Assembly: GCA_002311385.1 (NCBI GenBank)
Contig: DCAE01000109.1
Location: 118,385-182,384 of the forward strand
Reading direction: 5' to 3'
Origin: Dehalococcoidia bacterium UBA1141
GTDB taxonomy: Bacteria > Chloroflexota > Dehalococcoidia > Lucifugimonadales > UBA3495
Length of the DNA: 64,000 bases
Both the position numbers and the translations under genes were made by a program. Shown here piece by piece: positions 38,449-46,836 of the stretch; positions within the stretch are counted from its first letter, which is position 1; each line of letters begins with the position of its first letter. The notes under the pieces are model-generated. The model worked only from the letters and a program-made list of their open reading frames with translations, did no database searches and was not told the DNA's origin.

Positions 38449-39633
38449 TCAGAAACTGCCCTGGGGTTCCAACCCCAGATAAAACTGGCCAGCAGTCTCG
38501 TAGTTGGTGAGGCGGCCTTGGATGTGCTGGGTAATCACCCGGACATCCTGAAACTGGCGCTGAATAGGGTTGCTGGCAAAAATCGCGCTGGAGCCGCACA
38601 GGTTATAGGTGATATCAACTACCTCCGCCGCTTTACGTATTGCGAAGGTGGCTGCTAGGCGTAATTGAATGCGCTCTTCGGTGGAAACAGCTTGGTTCTC
38701 ACATGCGCTTTTCCAGATTGACGAGACACTCTGGCCAAGAAAGGCGTCGGCCGACTGCAGAATCGCTTCCCCTTCGCCTATGAGCCTTTGGGCCGTGGAT
38801 TGGTCTTGTAAAAGATTGGATGTCCTGAGAGGATTTTTCGTCTGCGAAAGTTCGATTGCGGTTATCAAGCTGGAGCGAGCGATGCTAAGGGCCACGGTTG
38901 CATCACCCGAGGCGAAAAGCAGGGTCCTGGGAATAACGTACAGGGGTCCGTCTTCCCGCCGAGGGTCTGCCAGGTCATAGGTCCGCCCACTGGGTACGAA
39001 CAAGTTATCCACCTGAAAGCTGAAGCTGCCAGTACCCCGGAGTCCGCTTACCTGCCAAGAATCTTCCAGAAAGGTTGCTTCAGACTTAGGAATGAGCATC
39101 ACTCTGGGATTTTCGCCCGCCGCCAGACCGCTTTGCTGTTGATTCACGGGGTTGATGGGAGCGAGGGCGGCCAGCCAATTGGCATGGCCGCTGCCGGTGC
39201 TGAAATCCCAGGTGCCGCTTAATCGATATCCCCCATCCACCGGAACGGCGTTCACCGACGAAGTGGGAGGACCGTTTGCTACGACGGCTCGGCTCTCGCC
39301 CCAAATCTCTCCTGCGATTTTCTCCGGCATAATGACCGAGGCTGTTGCGAATACATTATTCTGGTTTACACACCATGCAGTACTGCCATCGACTCGGGCG
39401 AATGTTCTCACGACTTGCAGAAAGTCCGGGAGACTCAACTCCGTACCCCCTAATGAGCGTGGCACAAGAAGGCGGAATAGGCCTCGCTCGGCCATTTCGC
39501 CTACCAAATCCGGGGGTAACCGACGCTCGCAATCGATGCGGTCCGTTTCTTGGGCGATGCGGTCGGCTAACTGCCGGGCAGCTTGGAGTAGCTCGCCCTG
39601 GTCGGTTTCTGAGTTGTTTTGTTTGATTGGCAT
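38449..39633 (-). CDS. acyl-CoA dehydrogenase-fold flavoprotein (type-2 ACAD / group-D monooxygenase-like)
   Basis: ERGLFRLLVPRSLGGTELSLPDFLQVVRTFARVDGSTAWC and DSWQVSGLRGTGSFSFQVDNLFVP. Paralog of 17764..18972. Confidence 0.8.
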   Translation of the reverse strand: MPIKQNNSETDQGELLQAARQLADRIAQETDRIDCERRLPPDLVGEMAERGLFRLLVPRSLGGTELSLPDFLQVVRTFARVDGSTAWCVNQNNVFATASVIMPEKIAGEIWGESRAVVANGPPTSSVNAVPVDGGYRLSGTWDFSTGSGHANWLAALAPINPVNQQQSGLAAGENPRVMLIPKSEATFLEDSWQVSGLRGTGSFSFQVDNLFVPSGRTYDLADPRREDGPLYVIPRTLLFASGDATVALSIARSSLITAIELSQTKNPLRTSNLLQDQSTAQRLIGEGEAILQSADAFLGQSVSSIWKSACENQAVSTEERIQLRLAATFAIRKAAEVVDITYNLCGSSAIFASNPIQRQFQDVRVITQHIQGRLTNYETAGQFYLGLEPQGSF

Positions 39634-39777
39634 CAGCCGTCCGAACGGTGAGTCTTGCGCTGCGGAAACACTATCTGATAATGCTGCGCACTTAAAGGCC
39701 GATGTCCCGTTAACTGGGACATCGGCCGATTCTGGTCATAGGAGCCCGATGGATCCTGGGCAAATCGACAAGAGGTA

Positions 39778-40242
39778 TTAGGCCTCTATCAACCCCTGTT
39801 CTATGGCCTTCGAAATCAGGTCTTTTCCCTCATCCAAGCGCGCATAGATAGCTTCCGAAGCGGCCGCAACCAACTCTTGGTCAAGGAGCTTGGCTTCTTC
39901 AGGAAAGCCCGCTTCCGCCAGCAACTCCTGGCCATTATCCCGTATCTGATTCAAGCCCCAAGCTATTTGAGACTCAGTATCCCTCACATCATCGGGGAAC
40001 TCAGTATGGGAACCTCCGGCTCCAAGTTTGTCGTAGCCGCCCTTGTGCCAATGCCCTCGTGGGCCGTGGGTATCGTAACGAATGGCTTCTTCGCCTCTGA
40101 CATCAACCCCAAATGTTGGCCCTCCCATCTTGCTTTTCAGGCACCTGACGGGCCAGAGATAAATCTTGATATCGCCTGATTCAGTCAACGGTCGCACCAG
40201 AACCTTTCCCAGATACGACTCACCATCAATCATCGTAGCCAT
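39778..40242 (-). CDS. hypothetical protein (His/Gly-rich central motif)
   Basis: 154-aa ORF with clean ends and coding-like composition. Contains RYDTHGPRGHWHKGGYDKLGAGGSHTEF. I recognise no family. Confidence 0.55.
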   Translation of the reverse strand: MATMIDGESYLGKVLVRPLTESGDIKIYLWPVRCLKSKMGGPTFGVDVRGEEAIRYDTHGPRGHWHKGGYDKLGAGGSHTEFPDDVRDTESQIAWGLNQIRDNGQELLAEAGFPEEAKLLDQELVAAASEAIYARLDEGKDLISKAIEQGLIEA

Positions 40243-40561
40243 TCAAATTCTCTCCTTGAATATTTTAAGAGCGCTGCACTTAGGGTACGCCCTCACAGGA
40301 GATATTAACACAGAGTCCCAGCCTCAAGTCAGTGGACAAGCATCTCCGCCGACGCTACCATGCCTTCACATTGGCTACTGGAGATTAGATCGCAGGCTGA
40401 AGAATACTGGCCGGAGAATCCAGCCGGGAACGGGTGTAAGATCCAGCACTTCCCAACACCGGCCATGATTCTTGCTTTCAATACCAATCCCACTGGCCGA
40501 TCCTGCCGTAAGAAATGTTGAAATAATATTGCCCCAAATTTTCGATAACAGGAGCGATGCA

Positions 40562-41662
40562 ATGGGAAGTTCCATAAGAGGTAATCGTAGTATCACAGCC
40601 GTTTTGTTACTGGTGCTCTTTGGGCTATTCTTGGGAATAGCGTGCACGGGTCCGGCGGGTCCGGCAGGTGTCCAAGGGCCCCAAGGGGCTGCCGGCGAGC
40701 AGGGGCCTCAGGGTATCGCCGGTCCCCAAGGGCCAGCAGGAGTTGCGGCACAGGCAAGCGCCGCAATTTCTAATCAGCAATCGCAGCAATCCGAAGAAAC
40801 CGAAAACGAGAACGAAAATTCAGCATATGGTAAACCGACTATCTGGGGGGATCAGCCGGCCTACGGGATAAGCTTCAGCTCCCCCAATGGAATTGCGATA
40901 GATTCATCGGACAACGTATACGTCACCGAATTTCGCGGGAACCGGGTGCAAAAATTTAGTTTCGATGGAGTCTTGGTAGGGCGGTGGGGCTCGGAAGGAA
41001 GCGAAGATGGTCAATTTCAGAATCCAACGGGAATCGCCATTGATGGCGAAGGCAACGTTTATATCTCCGAGAGCGGCAACCACCGTGTGCAGAAATTCGA
41101 CTCAGACGGCAATTGGATCACTTCATGAGGGTCGCAAAGGTCGGGCGAAGGAGAATTTCTTTCTGCGATGGTTATAGCTATCGATTCCGATAGCCGCCTC
41201 TAGGTGAGCGATTGGGGAAATGACCGTATTCAAGTTTTTGATTCCAATGGCGCATATTTGGATAGCTGGGGGTTGAGTGGAAAAGAGGAAGGCCAGTTGT
41301 TCACCCCCACTGGGGTCAAGGTAGATAGCGAGGGCAATGTTTGGGTCGTTGACCGAGGCAACAACCGGGTCCAGAAATTTACCCGGGATGGCGAGTTTCT
41401 GGCCACGTGGGGCGCCGCAGGCGACGACCAAGGCCAATTTGGAGTTCCAACCAGCATCGCCTTTGATAGCGACGGCAACTTTTATGTCTCCGAGGTGGAG
41501 AATTCACGGGTGCAGATATTCAATTCGGAAGGGGAATACATATCCGATCTTGCTTCGGCGTCACTCTCCAATCCCCACGGCTTGGCTTTCGACAGCAATG
41601 GAGACCTCTATGTGGCTGATACGGGAAACAATTTCATAAAGAAATTCAGCTTGGCAGATTAG
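40562..41662 (+). pseudogene. secreted collagen-like (Gly-X-Y) / NHL-repeat protein interrupted by two in-frame stops
   Basis: ATG 40562 (AGGAG upstream), signal peptide ...LLLVLFGLFLGIAC, GPAGPAGVQGPQGAAGEQGPQGIAGPQGPAG, then NHL repeats. One frame runs throughout, with TGA 41126..41128 and TAG 41201..41203 inside repeat consensus positions. Confidence 0.7.
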
Positions 41663-41698
41663 CCAAAGCTTCCGCAAACCTTCAAGGAGGGTTCAAGC

Positions 41699-42283
41699 AT
41701 GACCACCAGTCCAATAGACCCGAACCGAGTGCTATTGACCGGAGAGAACCCATATATCCGTCTGAGCGAAACAGACAACGGCCCGGTTACCACGGATGCC
41801 AGCTTTTGGCGGATCCTGTTTTCACCGGGTGGTCCCGGTCACGTCCTGTTCTTGCAGAGCGAACTAACTGATAACCAACCCCGGATATATACCGACAATA
41901 TAGCGATGACCCGCTGGTTGCAAAAAGAGATTCAAGGCACAATTAATCCAACATTCGGTAACTTGGAACTTGCGGAGGTTGAGTCGAGCTTCGCCAGTTC
42001 CGGGAACCTCAGGACGTCTTGGACGGAGACGGTAACTGCCAAGAACGAAATAATTGCTCTGACTTGGGAGTCTCTGGGAGAATCCTTTCTGAGCCATAGC
42101 TTTCCGGGGAGCAACCCTGACCGGCCACACGGTGTTTCCACGGTTTTGATTCCTGCAAACGCAGCCAAAGTCATTATTAACGGAAAAACAGCATCGGGAC
42201 GGCCATTTCCTCGTCAGCGAGATAGCCGAGAGCATAGCACTTGCGCCCTGGCATTTTCAGAATCTTGGCTACTTCCTTACTAA
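41699..42283 (+). CDS. hypothetical protein
   Basis: 194-aa ORF with GGAGG upstream. No motif I recognise. Confidence 0.55.
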   Translation: MTTSPIDPNRVLLTGENPYIRLSETDNGPVTTDASFWRILFSPGGPGHVLFLQSELTDNQPRIYTDNIAMTRWLQKEIQGTINPTFGNLELAEVESSFASSGNLRTSWTETVTAKNEIIALTWESLGESFLSHSFPGSNPDRPHGVSTVLIPANAAKVIINGKTASGRPFPRQRDSREHSTCALAFSESWLLPY

Positions 42284-42344
42284 CTAAGGCCGGACTAACA
42301 AAAGCCGGATTAGCAACCAGACACGAAGAATTTTTAGAGGTTGA

Positions 42345-43919
42345 ATGAAATACGACGTTGTTATCGTCGGCGGTGGCGCTGCCGGATCGGTGTTGGCCAG
42401 CAGGCTAGCCGCAAACGCGAATACCTCAGTTCTTTTGTTGGAAGCAGGGCCGGATTATCCCGACCCTGCCAACCTGCCCGACGAAATCAAGTTCGGCCAC
42501 ACGAGATTTGCGGAAGCTCCGGACTCGGAACACAACTGGGCTCTGCGAGGAACCATCACAGAGGAGCAGGGGGAGATTCACGTGGCCCAAGGCAAGGTGA
42601 TTGGCGGAGGCTCGTCAATCAACGGTCAGGCTATGCAAAGAGGGTTCCCCGAGGATTTTGACGCTTGGTCGTCTATGGGCAACGATGAATGGTCCTACGC
42701 CAAGATTCTGCCTTACTTTAGGAAGTCGGAGCAGGACTTGGACATTCGTGATGATTTCCATGGGACGGATGGGCCAATGCCGGTCAGGCGCCGTCAGTCG
42801 GGCCCCATGCCGGATATCCAGAAGGCCTTCCACGAGGCATGTTTGCAAGAGGGCTACGGAGCGACGGAAGATACCAATGGCCCAAATCCATCGGGCATCG
42901 GCGTGTCCCCATCAAACAACCTAGACGGCGTTAGAATGAGCGCGGCTATGACCTATCTCGGGCCAATGCGCCACTGCCTCAATCTCACCGTGAGGGGAGG
43001 AGTTTCCGTCCGGAAGGTCCTGTTCCAAGATCTTAAGGCCGTGGGTGTTGAGGCCGAAAGCGGCGGCGAGGTCTTCACCGTTGAAGCAGACCGGGTGGTC
43101 TTGAGCTCCGGGGCCATAAAGTCGCCCCACCTGCTAATGCTCTCAGGAATCGGCCCCCAAGACCAGCTTCAGGAATTTGACATACCGCTGGTCCATGAGC
43201 TCCCCGGAGTGGGACAAAGCCTATGGAACCACCTCAGCGCCCAAGTCGCCTTCAAGGTCAAGAACGGGGCCACCCTCGTTGGCGACGTTGATGCGGTGCA
43301 CTTTAGCCTGCATTACACGTCACAAGGCTCCAGCGAAGCCAACGATATGCTACTGAGGACCAGCTCGGTGGTCGACGAAAGGGTGGAAAAGGTGCCCGGC
43401 CTGCGCACGATGTACCTGGCCGGAGGAGTCTCGCCAGAAGAGATGGGAAGAATATCGTGTACTCTTGGGTTGCCCGAAGGTTCAGGATACGTCAAGTTGG
43501 CATCCGCCGACGCAAGCGAACAGCCGTCATTTAACTACTGCTTTCTACAACATCCAAACGACATTCGGCGGGTGAGGGAAGGCGTGCGTATGTCGGTAAA
43601 ACTTCTAGAGTCAGACCCCTACAAAGACGTGGCCGATTACAGAATACAGCCAACGGATGAGGTTCTGTCCGACGACGACGCTCTGGATTTGTGGATACGT
43701 CAAACCGTGGGCACAGCCAGACACGTATCCGGCACCTGCAAGATGGGACCCGATTCAGACCCCATGGCCGTGGTTGATCAATACTGCAGAGTCAAAGGGG
43801 TAGAGCGATTGTGGGTGGTTGATGCGTCGGTGATGCCGAGAGTTCCCAGGTCCGGAGGCTGTCACGCCACTGTCCTCATGATTGCGGAACGGGCTGCCGA
43901 CTGGATTGGGGCAAGTTAG
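42345..43919 (+). CDS. GMC-family FAD oxidoreductase (choline dehydrogenase-like)
   Basis: YDVVIVGGGAAGSVLASRLA, GKVIGGGSSINGQ and the C-terminal GTCKMGP...LWVVDASVMP. Confidence 0.9.
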   Translation: MKYDVVIVGGGAAGSVLASRLAANANTSVLLLEAGPDYPDPANLPDEIKFGHTRFAEAPDSEHNWALRGTITEEQGEIHVAQGKVIGGGSSINGQAMQRGFPEDFDAWSSMGNDEWSYAKILPYFRKSEQDLDIRDDFHGTDGPMPVRRRQSGPMPDIQKAFHEACLQEGYGATEDTNGPNPSGIGVSPSNNLDGVRMSAAMTYLGPMRHCLNLTVRGGVSVRKVLFQDLKAVGVEAESGGEVFTVEADRVVLSSGAIKSPHLLMLSGIGPQDQLQEFDIPLVHELPGVGQSLWNHLSAQVAFKVKNGATLVGDVDAVHFSLHYTSQGSSEANDMLLRTSSVVDERVEKVPGLRTMYLAGGVSPEEMGRISCTLGLPEGSGYVKLASADASEQPSFNYCFLQHPNDIRRVREGVRMSVKLLESDPYKDVADYRIQPTDEVLSDDDALDLWIRQTVGTARHVSGTCKMGPDSDPMAVVDQYCRVKGVERLWVVDASVMPRVPRSGGCHATVLMIAERAADWIGAS

Positions 43920-43949
43920 TACCGGCTTAACCGATGCGCAAAAACACCA

Positions 43950-43976
43950 AGGCGCTTCCCGGACCGGGAAGCGCCT
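43950..43976. terminator. bidirectional terminator hairpin
   Basis: AGGCGCTTCCCGG-A-CCGGGAAGCGCCT, flanked by A/T runs on both sides, between convergent genes. Confidence 0.8.
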
Positions 43977-44008
43977 ATTATTATTCCCATAGCAGACTGT
44001 TTATATTG

Positions 44009-44611
44009 CTAGTCTTTCGGCACCATCAGCCATTTTTGTTGGGCGGCGGCTGGGCTTAGCCACCGCTCATGGGCCTCTTGCCTGCCTGGCGGCACCTCCA
44101 CCCCCAGTCCGTCAGCCAAACGCGTCATGAAATTGAACTGGCATGTAATTAGGGCCACCGATAGTATTTCCTCATCGCTTAAGCCAAGGGCTCGAAGCGC
44201 TTCCACGTCCGAGCGCTGCATCGAAGTGGGATCTCTGGTAAGTTTCGACGCATAATCCAACATTCCTCGGGTTTGAGGGTCTAGTTCAGCATCGTTATAG
44301 TCGTGCATCACGTGGCTGGCCAACTCGGGGTCGTCGGAGTGCTGACGGAGGAACCCTCCGTGAGCCATCGTTCAATATCGGCATTTGTTTATCACCGAAA
44401 CCACCGTGGCGATGGCTTCTTCCTGAACTCTGGTCAGATTTGAGCCCCCAAAGAACAAGGCCTGGCTGAGGTTAAGCACCGATTCCATCGCTTTCGGGTT
44501 GATGGACATGACCTTAATCACCGGGGGCGGATCGCCGGATTTTGGCTCTGTTTCTCGTATCCAAGACATATCGTCACCATCCGGATGGTAGATTTGGTGA
44601 GATAGTACCAA
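44009..44611 (-). CDS. AhpD/carboxymuconolactone-decarboxylase-family peroxidase-related protein, candidate selenoprotein (C-R-Y-U)
   Basis: Track ORFs 44372..44611 and 44009..44368 are one frame joined by TGA 44374..44372: ...VVSVINKCRY-U-TMAHGGFLRQH.... This matches the CMD-family CxxC-x3-H motif. The start may be ATG 44569 (MSWIRE). Confidence 0.75.
44345..44361 (-). promoter_or_regulatory. SECIS-like hairpin 10 nt after UGA
   Basis: ACGGAGG - GUU - CCUCCGU, a perfect 7-bp stem. It can be extended by 3 more pairs across a C-C mismatch. Confidence 0.55.
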
Positions 44612-44793
44612 AAATTCGGAACCGAATGGAGTTTGTCACCGGCAGTTTAGCTGGTTGCTGCAAATAATCAATCGGCAGCGGTTATACCGGTGGAAACCAG
44701 CATGGTCTTTTGAAACTGGTAATTTAGCTGTGAGTATGCTGGTCGGGGATGAAGCCGCGGCAGATACGCAACTGCCGATCAAGAGTGGTTGGA

Positions 44794-46473
44794 TTACATA
44801 CGCTCGGGGGCGGTCATACCCATTAGTTCCAACGCACGGCGAAACACGATCTGGGCCGACTCCACCAACTTCAACCGCGCCAAGGAGACATCCTGGTCTT
44901 CGGGGTTGGCAGAGAGTACGCGGCAGTTCTCATAGAACCAATGGAATGCCGTGGCTAGGTCCATGGTGTAGTGGGGCAGGTGGTGTGGTTCCAGCGTTGT
45001 GGCCATGTGGGCGACTAGCTCCGGGAGCCGCAGCATATACCGTATCAGACTCAGTTCGGAGGGATGGGTCAGAAGGGAGACATCGCCTTTAGACCAGTCA
45101 ATCTCCTGGCTACGGGCCAAGGTCAGTATGCTGGCATTTCTGGCGTGGGCGTACTGAACGTAGTAGACAGGGTTTTCCGACGACTGTTCTTTGGCCAACT
45201 CTAAGTCGAATTCCATCTGGGTCGACGGGGTTCTGGCCAAGAAAAAATACCGGCAGGCGTCAGTGCCCACTTCATCGGCCAACTCTCTGAGGGAAACAAA
45301 GTCCCCAGTGCGCTTTGATGCCTTTACCAGTTCCTGACCTCGTTTTAACGTGACCATCTGGGAAATTAGGATGGTCAGTTTGTCCGAATCTACACCTAGA
45401 GCGGCCACCGCCAGCTTCATGCGAGGGACATGACCTTGATGGTCCGCACCCCAGATATTCACCACAGCGTCGAAATCGCGCTCGATAAATTTGTTGTAGT
45501 GGTAGGCGATATCCGACGCAAAGTAGGTGGGTTCGCCACTGGAGCGGACCACCACATTGTCCCGGTCGTCGCCCATCACACTGGAGTTAAACCAAAGGGC
45601 TCCGTCGCGCTGCGAAAGGTAGTTGTTCTCCCTCAGAAGCTCCAATGCTTTATCGTATTCACCGTGCTGAAACAGGGTTCCCTCGCTGAACCAGTTGTCG
45701 AATTCCACGCCTATCAGCGATAGATCGGCGCGAATCAAATCGACCATCTTCTCCCTGGCCAGATTGCCGATTTCTTTGACGCCTTGCTCTTCATCCATAT
45801 GAGCAAATCTAGCACCTTCGCTAGCCAGAATTTCGCCAGCTAAATCTAGGATGTAATCGCCGACGTAGCCATTGGAGGGCATCTCGGCTTCCTGACCTTG
45901 GGCCTGCATGTACCTGGCGAAAACGGACCGGTAGAAGACGTCCATCTGGGTGCCAGCGTCATTGATGTAGTACTCTCTGGTCACGTTAAAGCCCGCTGCG
46001 TCCATTATGCTGGCCAAAGCGCTGCCTAATACGGCGCCCCTGGTGTGGCCAACGTGGACCGGCCCGGTGGGGTTCACGCTGACGAACTCAATCATCACCT
46101 TTCGACCGCGGCCCATGGTCACGCTGCCGAAACCCATACCCGCTTCCCGCACCGCTTCCACCTGTTGTTGAACCCAACTGTCCCTTAGGTAGAAGTTGAT
46201 GAAGCCCGGTGGGGCCACCACGACTCGGTCCACCTCTTCTCCAGGTTTGATCCTGTTGGCGAGCTCTTGAGCCAGTTCCAGTGGGTTGATGCGGGTGGCG
46301 CGGGCCAAACGCAGCGGAAGGTTGGTAGAAAAGTCACCATTCTCTGGATTGCCGGGGCGCTCCACCATGATGTCCGGCATGGTATCTAGTTGAATCAGTC
46401 CGTCCGCTCGGGCCTGCTCCAAGGCATTGGCCACCAATTGGGTTATCGAATCCAAAACTAGGGCGGTTTCCAT
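44794..46473 (-). CDS. argS: arginine--tRNA ligase
   Basis: Class I HIGH-type SVNPTGPVHVGH, a KMSKS-like region and the anticodon-binding C-terminus ...RLKLVESAQIVFRRALELMGMTAPERM. ATG 46473 preferred. Confidence 0.93.
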   Translation of the reverse strand: METALVLDSITQLVANALEQARADGLIQLDTMPDIMVERPGNPENGDFSTNLPLRLARATRINPLELAQELANRIKPGEEVDRVVVAPPGFINFYLRDSWVQQQVEAVREAGMGFGSVTMGRGRKVMIEFVSVNPTGPVHVGHTRGAVLGSALASIMDAAGFNVTREYYINDAGTQMDVFYRSVFARYMQAQGQEAEMPSNGYVGDYILDLAGEILASEGARFAHMDEEQGVKEIGNLAREKMVDLIRADLSLIGVEFDNWFSEGTLFQHGEYDKALELLRENNYLSQRDGALWFNSSVMGDDRDNVVVRSSGEPTYFASDIAYHYNKFIERDFDAVVNIWGADHQGHVPRMKLAVAALGVDSDKLTILISQMVTLKRGQELVKASKRTGDFVSLRELADEVGTDACRYFFLARTPSTQMEFDLELAKEQSSENPVYYVQYAHARNASILTLARSQEIDWSKGDVSLLTHPSELSLIRYMLRLPELVAHMATTLEPHHLPHYTMDLATAFHWFYENCRVLSANPEDQDVSLARLKLVESAQIVFRRALELMGMTAPERM

Positions 46474-46836
46474 TGACAGTCCTTTTCGTGGTGATCGCCT
46501 GGTTAGTCGCCGGGCTAAAGTGAGAACCAATTACAGTTACGGAAGAGCCGCAACATTAGCTGACTCATCTCGGCATAGTGTTTCCAGCAAATGTATTAAA
46601 CGCAGAAAAAGCCGGGCCGTTTGTTTCAGGTATCCGGCGTGACTGGGCCTTAATGAAATAATCCTACCATAATCATATTGACCGAACTAATAGATTTCAA
46701 TTAGATTTCGATCGGTTGCATGGCGGGTTCGTTACCATATCCGCCCATAGGATTTCGTCATCTGATGGCCAAAAACGGTTGACATGGTATCCATCAGTCG
46801 TAGAATTTCGGACGGCACTAGATACAATAACCATAA

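Noticed and set aside
41126-41203. TGA and TAG in the NHL gene read as Sec/Pyl, or as a TGA=Trp (code 4/25) reassignment
   Set aside because: The positions correspond to Trp/Tyr-type repeat residues, not Cys. No hairpin follows either codon. TGA is used as a genuine stop with overlapping downstream starts at hemA/cbiC, cbiD/cbiT and the antitoxin/toxin pair. No pyl genes are present.
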